A stretch of 63,983 bases of DNA, filler included, from Octopus bimaculoides (taxonomy: Eukaryota), in the NCBI RefSeq assembly GCF_001194135.2. It is 5 parts of 5 records of this genome, joined end to end, with 100 filler letters (N's around TTAATTAATTAA, not from the genome) between each part and the next. Parts side by side here need not be neighbours in the genome. Positions count along the whole stretch, not along the records: positions 1 to 15,047 come from NC_069002.1; positions 15,148 to 26,121 come from NC_068987.1; 3 more parts are not named here. One strand, written 5' to 3'. This document shows, in pieces, positions 13,239 through 24,212 of the stretch. Within the stretch, counting starts at the first letter, position 1; every line of letters begins with the position of its first letter. The translations under genes and the position numbers were made by a program. A model generated the notes under the pieces. The model had not been told where the DNA came from and did no database searches. It saw nothing but the letters and a program-made list of their open reading frames with translations.

Positions 13239-13894
13239 TTAAAGAGAGAGAGAGAAAGAAAGAGAGACTGTATATATAAAGATGTTTACACAAGAATAAA
13301 TATGGATAGAGTTAGCGTTTTTGGACAGTTATAATTCTTAAAATCCAATTTCTGTTCTGACTCCAGAAGAGAACCTACAGCCTACACCCATACTTATTTG
13401 TTCAGTTTTTTCTTTCATAATATATGATGTACACATGCACATATCCACACAGATTTATGTCCTTCATGCGGGAGAGATGGGTAAAGAGATGCTGGTGGTT
13501 TGAAGAGTTAAAAGAGAAGTAGAAATCACAAATGTATTTGAGGTGAGTAAGTTAAGTAGTGTTGGGGCAGCTTTGAATCATTGTAACCAGAAATTATTAT
13601 TGTTGATATCCAGGAGAGACAGAAGGTTAGTGACGAGGGGGTAGGAGAGAAGTCTATGAAAGTGCACTCCAGACTCTTCTGAGTAAAGTGAGAATATAAA
13701 AATCTAACCTGAAGAGAAAACATTGATTGGAGACAGGAGTTGAGAGATTTGTATCTTTGAGAAGAATCGGAAGTGGAGGTGTATCTAGGAAGTGATAGGT
13801 AGGATGTAGGTTTGAGTAAAGTCTATGGGTATTGGAGAAGAGGAAAGATAATTGTCTTGAGGGCTTGTTTCTGATTTTATATACATATACATGT

Positions 13895-13949
<55 letters not shown>

Positions 13950-14089
13950 TGCACGTGCCCGTGCGCACACACATTTCTATATATGTTCAGATGCTGGGCC
14001 TCACTGAGTTGTGGTGATTTGCTGTACTTGAGAAGATGTACCAATCTAAGTAAAATCGTTGTCATCCATGCATACAGGAATGTGCTTTG

Positions 14090-14330
14090 CAGGTGTTGGT
14101 GCCACATAAAATGCTCTCATTTTGGTGCTGCATAAATGTATCCATGTTGGTGCCATGTAAAAAGCACCCAGAACACTCCGTAAAGTGGTTGGCACTAGGA
14201 AGGGTATCCAGCCATAGAAACCATGCCATAACAGACATGGAACCGGGGCAGCTCTTCTGCTGGTCAGCTCCTGTTAAACAGTCCACCCTATGCCGGCATC
14301 AGAAATGGACATTAAATGATGATGATGATG
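14090..14330 (+). mobile_element. RTE LINE 3' UTR fragment
   Basis: Similar to the UTRs at 3651-3980 and 4935-5200; ends taaatgatgatgatgatg. Confidence 0.65.
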
Positions 14331-14777
14331 ATATATTTACACCCTCCCCCCAGACACACACATGCATATGTGTTTTGAGTGTGTAATTATTTCGTTACAA
14401 ACTGCTGCTTGTTTCAGTTTTTTTTTTATATATATCAAATTAGTTTAGAACAAATATAAAAGAAAGATTTGAGAGTTTTCCACATAATTCTCATTCAGAT
14501 TGAAGAGAGGGTTTGATAAGTTTATAAACTGCAAATAGGAATCTCATTTCACAAATTTCTGAAGTCCTCATGTAGAATGTAAAAAAGTGAGAAGAGGAAG
14601 ACAGAACCCAATGACTTCCTGATAATCTGTGTGCCTAATGTGAACACGAGACCAAATTTTAATTTAATATGGTTTAAACTACCAAATATTACATTAGAGA
14701 GGAACGAAAAAAAGAGAGGATGAAAAGAATTGTTAGAAAGTGATATAAATAGATAGATAAGTAGATAGATAAGTAGA

Positions 14778-15047
14778 TCCAAAATCCTAATAAGTAGGAA
14801 GGTAGATAAAACACAAACCCCTTCAGGTAGATGGCCCTGCTCAGTATGTAGAAAAGGAGTAGGTAGTAACTCTATAAGATGTACCCGGTGCAAGCTATGG
14901 ACACATAAGAGGTGCAGCAACATCAAAGGCAGGTTAACTAGCAAGTTAGTTTTTGTTTGTGGCAGATGTTCAGGTGCAATAAAGACTGCAAACAAACAGG
15001 AAACAACTTCTATCTCATTCCAGGGTGAAAAACTAGAGGTAGTCGAT
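14778..15047 (+). mobile_element. RTE LINE ORF2 fragment containing a PHD finger
   Basis: Open frame KILISRKVDKTQTPSGRWPCSVCRKGVGSNSIRCTRCKLWTHKRCSNIKGRLTSKLVFVCGRCSG...QGEKLEVVD, overlapping the copy at 62887. Confidence 0.85.
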
Positions 15048-15091
15048 NNNNNNNNNNNNNNNNNNNNNNNNNNNNNNNNNNNNNNNNNNNN

Positions 15092-15103
15092 TTAATTAAT
15101 TAA
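15092..15103. other. Assembly spacer TTAATTAATTAA (44N+12+44N); also at 26166, 51137 and 62831
   Basis: Identical 12-mer with stops in all six frames centred in N runs four times. Confidence 0.9.
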
Positions 15104-15147
15104 NNNNNNNNNNNNNNNNNNNNNNNNNNNNNNNNNNNNNNNNNNNN

Positions 15148-15420
15148 TCCAACCTGTGGATGCTAACGTCCTCCGTCAAGAGTCAGGGAAAGATCCAGTG
15201 ATATCTACAGTGATGCGCTACGTCCGTGAAGGCTGGCCACCAAAGAACATGGAGATCAATGACGAAGTCAACAAGTTCCGTAAGTTATCAAACTCACTTA
15301 GTATCTGTCATGGATGCCTTATACATGGATCTAGAGTTGTGATTCCACATAGCTTGCAGCCAAAGATCCTCAATCTTCTGCATCTTGGACATTTTGGCAT
15401 GGAACGCATGAAACAGTAGC
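15148..15420 (+). mobile_element. Ty3/Gypsy pol fragment (region between RNase H and integrase, start of integrase Zn-binding domain)
   Basis: DPVISTVMRYVREGWP...GCLIHGSRVVIPHSLQPKILNLLHLGHFGMERMK is typical of Gypsy pol. Confidence 0.85.
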
Positions 15421-16784
15421 GTTGGTTCCAAATGAGTCAGGTATAACAGCGAAAAGAAATATGAGTATACAAGTTGTAATTGATTGCCACACTTTATTCA
15501 AACGGTTAAATGAAAGTACAGCGGAAGATAGTACACATTGAATGATACTGTCAGAAAATATGCATATTGGTTTCTCATGCAGTTGGAACTTGGTGATGTG
15601 TGCTTGACGAAACAAAAGCGCGTCAATGCTCTCTGCTGAACAACCCTCCTCACCCCATACTGAGATTCGAACTCAATCGCGCTTCCCACCTCACTGAAGA
15701 ATAGCAGGAAAGATTTCTCTTTTTAAAGCTGACAGACTTCCAGCGAACAAACATAATTTGTGAGCGCTAAGTTGGTCTGTCACATGATGGGATTGAATAA
15801 CCCGCGTAAAGCCAGAAAAACTTGACCATCACGTGACCAGGTCATGTGACCACTTGTAGAAAATACGCGTATGAGCCGATATTTGGATATTTCAGCCTAA
15901 TCGAACGAATAATAATCATACTTGTGTTACAATGAGAACCTTCACCGATCAATGTTCATTTTGTGCTGAGGAGGAAACCCGAAACCTTTTCCGTTAGGCC
16001 TGAGAATAGAAAACCTACTGTCACGACATCAGTAGATCCCAACGTTTCTTCTGTTCATATCCTCTAAATATCGTACATATAATAAAACGTAATGTGTGTG
16101 TGACTTGTCGGTCATGCCAGAGGGAAAGAAAGGTAAAATAACAAGCAGAGTGGGAGTAGGTGATAGACAGAGATGCTGGATGTATGCAGGCGGACAGCAT
16201 TCAAAAGTTTTGTTCTAAAGACGCTGATATTTTAACCTATATAATAATCTACTTGTTCGTTCGCCCGTTACACTTTAGTTAGAGAGGTGTAGGTGGAGAG
16301 AGAGGGGGGAGGGAGGAGTGTGAGTAGAAAAGAAAGAAGCAAGGAAGAAATGGAGAAAGATGTAAAATAAGGCCACATGCGTCACGTGGTTAGTTGAAAG
16401 GAGAGGCGAAAAGAGAGAGAGAGAGAAAACGCGGTGAGAAGAATGACGGAGAGAAAAGTGTTAGCGAGGGAAAGGTAAAGAGAAAGAGATATGTTTAGGA
16501 TACAATATTTAGCAAAGGGTGATGTTCTGGTGGTGAGGTTAAAGGGCAGATAGAGAGAGATGGACAGGAGAGGCAGTTACATTAAAAGAGAGAGAGAGAG
16601 AAAAAGAGCATTTGTATTGTCAGAGTAGAGATACATCGACAGCAAGAAAAAATAGATATAAACAAACAGTTGGGCAGAAATGAAATGTGTTTATTACTGA
16701 AAGCTATAGTGATAATAATGGTGGTGGTGTGTTGATAGAAAATTTTTTTTTTTTGAACTAAATCTACATTATTCTTCTACCTTT

Positions 16785-16830
<46 letters not shown>

Positions 16831-18127
16831 TCACACACACACACACACACACATATATATGAGAAAAGGTTGAGTTCTATTCCATCCTTTACTTTGCGGG
16901 GTTCCAAAGCTAGATTTCTAATAAAGATTCTTCATATTAAATTGGTAGCTTACTATTGTAAGTATTTTTTAAAATATGAAAATGTTAAGAGCATTTATAG
17001 AACACGTATCCTATATAAACTCAACAAACAATTAAAGATGGAGAAGAGAAGGTGTTAAAAGTTTTATAAAATTTTAATCCATGCATACGATCGTTTCGAG
17101 CGGTAATATTAACATGTAAGAAACATGGAAAAAATTAATTGCATATTACCATTCTCCTCAGTGTGAAAGAAGAATACATAAAAAAAAATATATCAGAAGA
17201 ATATTATATTGTTACAGAAGACTAGATGGAGTGAGTGTCATATAACATATTCGGATATACATAATATGATTATGAAAGGTGAAATATATAAACATGCTTA
17301 GGTAGTGTTGAGTCTAGTTGTGTATGAACTATGACTGATGCGGCTAACGGATATTTTGAAATATAAGTGAAAAATGTTTAAGAAACATTCTCTCTGTATG
17401 AAGATAAATAATATAGGATCTTTTTTCGTATTCTTCCAACCACTTGAAGGTTTATCTTGCTTCAATCTACTCAGCTGGCCAAAATGAGTTGTAGCTGTAA
17501 TTGAAAGGAGCCGGCCATATAAGGCTGAATCTCCCTGAGAACTACGTTAATGGTATGCATATCTGTGGAGTACTCAGCCACTTACAAGTTAATTTTATCC
17601 TCGTGTAGTAATGAAAAGTGGCTTCCAATATTTGCTGTAGTTATTTGTCTTTGATTTAAAAATGTGTCTATGTATCTATGTATCAACTTTTCTTTCAATC
17701 TTTGTATGTACTGTCTCTCTTCCTTTCTCTCTTTCTCTTTCACTTCCTCTGTGTCCCTCCTCTCTCTTTAAATTTAACAATGTGTGTATGTATCTATGTA
17801 TCAGCTTTTCTTACGTACTAGGGCCTCTGGTACTCAGCGACATTCTGCCAGGATTTGGACGGTCTTATTCATCGTTTGTCCGTCGGATCGATTATTATCT
17901 ACTTATCTACCCATCTAAACCAATGTATTAATTAACCAGCCAGCGATATCGCATACGGTGGGGTCCTGTAGCTGGTGGTGACAGCAGTAGCAGTGACAAC
18001 TATTTATTCACTCATTTACTCAATTATGTAAACCGATGATAGCTAGGTAGGGTAATTAACCTTAGGACCATACCCTCCCTTATTATCCCTATAGTAATTA
18101 ACGCCCCTTGTTTTAACCGAACTGAGG

Positions 18128-18194
<67 letters not shown>

Positions 18195-19337
18195 TGTGTA
18201 TGTAGGTATATATGTATATGTGGATGTGTGTGTATGCGTGTATATCTATATGTATATACATAAGGATGGTGATTTTTTATTTATTTATTTATCCTTATTA
18301 TTACTATTATTGTTATCTGTTTATAGTCTTCTTAAAAGTCTACCAATTTAATTCTATTGCCATTACATTAAGAATTTTACCCCCTCAGTGTGAGTATAAA
18401 GTTGAATTAAGAGATGTGTGCTTGCGCGCGTGCATGTGTATATACATACACGCACGCATGAGTGTGAGTATGGGGAGATATACATAGCACGCGTGTGTGT
18501 GGGGGGGGGGGTGTACGCAAGCACGCTAGTACTAGCATCTTGACCGGTTAGTGTCTATCCAACTGTAGCTAAGCGTAGACAGTTTAAAACAATAGTTGCC
18601 CAATTGGAAGGATGGAAGTTAACGGTAGTAATTAACCCTCCCCCATTAGCAGCAGAATGTTCGAACCGTTGGAAGAAGCAACAGGATATCCTACACCGCA
18701 AAGTTTGAAAATTTGGCATATTATTATTGTTGTTGTTGTTATTGTTGTTGTCATCATCATCATCATCATCATCATCACTGTTATTGCTACTAGAACATTA
18801 ATAACTCGTGTAAAATGAACTTCCACATAGACCCTTCCAAAATATATAGAAATGACACACACACACTCAGCAAAACTTCCTTTTTAAAAAAACACTTACA
18901 GCTTTCTAGATACGGCAGATAGCGCTGATGCCACAAACCGCGTATATGGTGGAATGCCTGTGTATAAATACTTGATTATGTACACATGTGAGTAAGGGAA
19001 TATCCGAGTAAGGTTATGCACATGAACCCACACATATATATATGCATTGGAGCGTCTATAGCTATTTATAATGTTTGTAGGCTCTTTGTGTGCCTTGTAT
19101 TTTTAAGTTGTTTTTTTTTATATATTTTTACATTTCCCATATGCTATACTTTCATTTTTCATTTATGCATTTTTTATTATTTTTTTTTCCTGCTGCACCC
19201 TTATTTTTATTTTGATTTTGATTTTGATTTTATTTTTTATTTTTATTTCTATCTTATTTTTGCTATTGTTTTTGTTCTTGTCTCTACTGCACCTCTGTTT
19301 TTACCTCTTGCTCTATATTTGTATGAAACCCTTTGTG

Positions 19338-19465
19338 AATCTCTGAAGAGGCCTAGCGGTTCGGGCATGTAACCCCATTTCAACATGTCATCCGATAATC
19401 ACTCCGGGAAGAACTATTCGGATAGAATGGGGCATGCAAATCTAGGCCGAAACAGCTGTAAGATT
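19338..19465 (+). ncRNA. Type I hammerhead ribozyme A (long stem II)
   Basis: Stem I AATCT/AGATT, CTGAAGA 19343-49, stem II GGCCTAG...CTAGGCC (19350-19448), GAAA, palindromic CAGCTG, GUA cleavage triplet. Confidence 0.85.
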
Positions 19466-19690
19466 AAACTTCTGTTCATTCTCTAATTTCTTATGTACTT
19501 TGTACTTCTATATGTAAACCCAGTTGGCAAAATAACATGGTTTGTCATAAACACCTGTACTTTGGGTTTTTTCTTTTTTTGTCACTTTAGCTATGAATCA
19601 AATTAATGAATTCAACGGGATACACTGTCTGCAAGTAGTTGGGTTCAGCATATTATCCTCCATTTTCTAATTGATATATATATATAATAT

Positions 19691-20312
19691 TAAAGAATAA
19701 ATTCCAAAACTTACAGGGAAAAATTCAATTTAGCAATACTAAATCAAATTTCCCACTATATAATTTAAAGAAAAACCACTATTAAATCATTCAATAAAGA
19801 AGAATTTAATTCATACCCTCCAGAAAATAAANNNNNNNNNNNNNNNNNNNNNNNNNNNNNNNNNNNNNNNNNNNNNNCAATAAAATACAAAAGAATAACT
19901 AGTAAATGGTATAAAATAACTACGCATGTTTCTTGGCTATATTTTCAAATAGATAACTACTAAAACCAATTCAATTAATAATTCTATTAATAATCAAATC
20001 GATCTACAGTTAAATCTATTCAAAAATATAGTCACTCGTCAGGTCTAAAATAAAATAATAATAATAATTAAAAAATCAATGTACGTATTGTAACTTATAC
20101 TAAATATCTAAATATCCCAAAAAAAAATATTTGTTCTAACAATAAATAAATAAATAATAGAAAAACATTTAATAATATTTCTTGAAATAAAAACACAGCT
20201 TATCTTATCGAAGAATTGCTGTAAACTAAAATTTTAAACGTATATTTTAAATGTAATACGTAGAACTTAGCGTTTATACGAAATATATCGCATGAAAATA
20301 CGGCCTAAATAT
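19691..20312 (-). repeat. Inverted pseudo-LTR copy of PLE-1
   Basis: Reverse complement of about 23405-23925 and of about 20340-20556. Confidence 0.9.
19918..20045 (-). ncRNA. Hammerhead ribozyme B' (inverted duplicate of B, G10.1-C11.1 pair broken)
   Basis: Minus strand GAC-CTGACGA-GTG...CAA-GAAA-CATGCG-TA-GTT. Confidence 0.7.
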
Positions 20313-20634
20313 TATTTACGCCATATTTATACAATTTACTAGTTATTTATACCATTTACTAGTTATTCTTTTGCATTTTATTGATTTTTTGAAATAAGAT
20401 TTTATATATTTATTTTCTGGAGAGTATGAATTAAATTCTTCTTTATTGAATTATCTAATAGTGTTTTTTTTTAAAATTATATACATATATTTTATATTGG
20501 GAAATTTGATTTAGTATTGCTAAATTGAATTTTTACCTGTAAGTTTAGGAATTTATTCCCGAATATTATTATTATTATATTTCTTTTTATAACTAACGTT
20601 TATCGATTGTATTTAACTCTCAATTTCGTTAGTT

Positions 20635-23066
20635 ATGGAACTTACAGGTAAGACTGAACCGCTGTTTTGGAATTCATCTTTGAAGGATATTCCTATACCA
20701 TCTAGAAAGGAATATATTTTGAAACTTATTAATAATATTAAAGATTTTATTAATAGGATTAAATGGAAAGCCTACTACAATAATTGTAATATATCTAATA
20801 TTAACGATGTAGAGAATTCTAATTATATCAATTCAAAATTTAAATCTAGAAAGGAACCCCCGTATAATATGGATATACAGGTTTTAGAGGATAAGATTTG
20901 GAAGGTGGTGAAGAACATTAAATTTCATAAAATACTCAAACAGACATAATGAATATTTAAGAAATCTAGCTATTAGAATAAAAGAAACACATAATATGGA
21001 AGGAATTATAGTACAATCAGATAAAACTAGAAACTTGTATAAACTAGATGTTAAATTATATGATAACCTATTAGAGAAAGAAATAAACAAAAAATATAAA
21101 ATTGTTCTAGAAAATACTCTTTATAATATAAATAAGAATTCCAAATTAATTATGGTAAAATATAGTTTAGATAATAAAACTGAACCTTACGTATCTATGC
21201 ACCCTAGAATTACTTTAAAGACCATAAGGATAATTTTTATTCTGACCCAAAAGTTAGACTTATTTGTCCAAGTAAATCAGATCTAGATAAATTAAGTAAG
21301 ATCATTTTAGATAAATATATTAAATTAAATGAAATTAATTACCTTAAACTTTGGAATAGTACTAATGATACTTTAAAATGGTTTAATGATATTAAAGATA
21401 AAAAAGATATAAATTCATACATATAGATATAGATAATTATTATTCTTCTATTAATGAGGTTGTACTCAATAAGGCCCTAATTTATGCAATTAATAAGGTA
21501 GGTATGACTTATGATGAAGTTAATGTAGTAAAAATGGCTAGGAAATCGTTGATTAGATATAATAATAAACTGTGGGCTATGAAGGATACTAGGGACTATT
21601 TTGATATACCTATGGAAGCACCCGATTCTGCACAGGCAACTGATTTAGTGGGTATTTATTTATTACCAGAACTTCAATTAGAAAAATTAAAGTTGGATGG
21701 GGCTTTGTATAGGGATGACCTTTTATTAACAATTAAGGATTGCACCAATAGAACATTAGAATTATAAAAGAAGAAACTTTATAGTTTTTTTTAAAGATAT
21801 GGATTAAGCATAACTGCATATAATGAGAACTATAATGTTAAGTACTTAGATGCTAATTTGAATTTAATAACAGGTAAGACCCAACCATTCCATAAAATTA
21901 ATGAAAACATTTGATATATTAATGCTAATAGTAATCATCCACCCTCAATTAAGAAATTTTTGACAGATAATATCGGTAAAAGAATATCGTTGCTTTCTTC
22001 TGGTTTTGAGATTTTCCAAAAACACACATCTTATTATAATGAAGCCCTGCGGGAGACGGGATATAATAATAATATTAAATTCTTTAATAATTCTTAATAT
22101 AATTATAATATAAAAGATTATATTCTCAATGATTCCTGTTTTTTATAATAATAAACCTAACATAAATAATTTTAAGTTTTATTTAGGTAATTATAGAATT
22201 AATAATAGGGATTATGATAATACAAAGCATAAATATAATAATAGTAGACTAAAAATAAGATTAAATTTAATTCTTTTATTGATAATAATAAATTTTTTAA
22301 TATGAAAAATAAATGTAATAATATAAATAATAAGAACAAAATTTGTGTAATTATTCCTTATGGAGCTCAAGTTAAAGCAAAAATTATTAAAGAGATTTTA
22401 AATATAACTGAGGTATTCATTAGAGATAATAAAAAATATAATGATAAAAATATAATGATAATTTTGGAGTTGGTTACTCTACTACTAATGATGTTGGTAA
22501 TATTATTTCTTCTTTTAATAAACCTAAACTGAATAAGTTTTACAAAAACAAATCAAGTAATTATTCCAATAATAATAATACAGACCAGAGCATAATTAAT
22601 TGTACATGTAGAGATAAAAATAAATGTAAATTTAATAATAACTGTAATTTGGAGGATGTAGTATATAAATGTGTAATGATTTTGCTTGATATTAGTATGA
22701 ATAGTTATGATTTAAATACTATTTACATAGGGTCGACTTCTAGCAAAATTAAATTACGTGTGGCTCAACATATGAATTCTTTTAAGAATAGAAATTTAAT
22801 TAATTCTACTGGCCTTAGTAAATATATATGGGAACTAAAATCTAAAAATATCATGCACAACTTAAATTGGGAGATAGTTTGTAAGGCTAAATCTTATCGA
22901 ATAGTTTAGTGCTTCTTGTTTATTATGTACTAATGAATTTAAGGATATATTAACTGATAATAAAAAATTGATTAATTCCCTAGATGAACGAAAAATTAAA
23001 TGCAGACATAAGTTAAATTACTTATATAATAAGTTTAGTTCAGTTGTGTATTTATATGAACCCTAG
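20635..23066 (+). pseudogene. Disrupted PLE ORF: reverse transcriptase + C-terminal GIY-YIG endonuclease
   Basis: SLKDIPIPS...RIKWKAY N-terminus; FDIPM..DLVGIYLL..LYRDD (YRDD 21708-21719); YINANSNHPPSI thumb; CTCRDKNKC..C linker; VVY...YIGST; CLLC..E...KCRH; several stops and frameshifts. Confidence 0.9.
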
Positions 23067-23659
23067 TTTATATTACTAATTGTCCTAGTTATTATGATTT
23101 GTAGTAGTAAAATGTGTATAAATTAGCATGAAATTATAAAGGACATATTACATATTTAGAACATTAAACTAAGATGTTTATAAAATAATTAATTAATGGA
23201 AATAGATTGAATTATTGTAATTTAGGTTCATTTTGTATATAATATATAATGTATTGTACGTATTTTAGATTTAAGTTATTTAGACTTTAGTATTTTAAGT
23301 AAATGAAATACTACAGTTAATTTTTCCTTATTCTCACATCTAAAATACATTAAGTCATCTTAAGGGTTTAAATACATATTTCTATCTTATTATTCCATAA
23401 TTTTTTATTTACGTTGTATTTTCACGCTATATATTTCGTATATACGCTAAGTTCTACGTATTACGTTTAAAACATACGTTTAAAATTTTAGTTTACAGCG
23501 TTTCTTCTATAAAGATAAGTTGTGTTTTTACTTTAAGAAATATTGTTAAATGTTTTTCGATTATTTATTTATTTATTGTTAGAACAAATATCTTTTAGAT
23601 ATTTAGTATAAGTTACAATACGTACATTGATTTATTATTATTATTTTTATTTTATTTTA

Positions 23660-23787
23660 GACCTGACGAGTGACTATATTTTTGAATAGATTTAACTGTA
23701 GACCGATTTGATTATTAATAGAATTATTAATTGAATTGGTTTTAGTAGTTATCTATTTGAAAATATAGCCACGAAACATGCGTAGTC
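23660..23787 (+). ncRNA. Type I hammerhead ribozyme B (103-nt hairpin stem II) in PLE-1 3' pLTR
   Basis: GAC/GTC stem I, CTGACGA 23663-69, stem II 23670-23772, GAAA, C-ATGC-G stem III, GUA triplet. Confidence 0.8.
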
Positions 23788-24212
23788 ACTTTATACCATT
23801 TACTAGTTATTCTTTTGTATTTTATTGATTTTTTGAATAAGTTTTTATGATATATTTATTTTCTGGAGGGTATGAATTAAATTCTTCTTCATTGAATTAT
23901 TTAATAGTGTCTTTTCTTTAACTCANNNNNNNNNNNNNNNNNNNNNNNNNNNNNNNNNNNNNNNNNNNNNNNNNNNNNNNNNNNNNNNNNNNNNNNNNNN
24001 NNNNNNNNNNNNNNNNNNNNNNNNNNNNNNNNNNNNNNNNNNNNNNNNNNNNNNNNNNNNNNNNNNNNNNNNNNNNNNNNNNNNNNNNNNNNNNNNNNNN
24101 NNNNNNNNNNNNNNNNNNNNNNNNNNNNNNNNNNNNNNNNNNNNNNNNNNNNNNNNNNNNNNNNNNNNNNNNNNNNNNNNNNNNNNNNNNNNNNNNNNNN
24201 NNNNNNNNNNNN

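Larger units (their letters stand above)
20340..23925 (+). mobile_element. Penelope-like element PLE-1 (5' partial pLTR, ORF, 3' pLTR running into gap)
   Basis: Direct repeat 20340-20460 vs 23783-23915, PLE ORF between them, hammerhead in the pLTR. Confidence 0.9.

Noticed and set aside
15966-16005. CTGAGGA-GGAAACCC-GAAA-CCT...AGG hammerhead-like core
   Set aside because: No U at 16.1 (reads CC) and no stem I complement to the upstream ttgtg; cannot fold as a hammerhead
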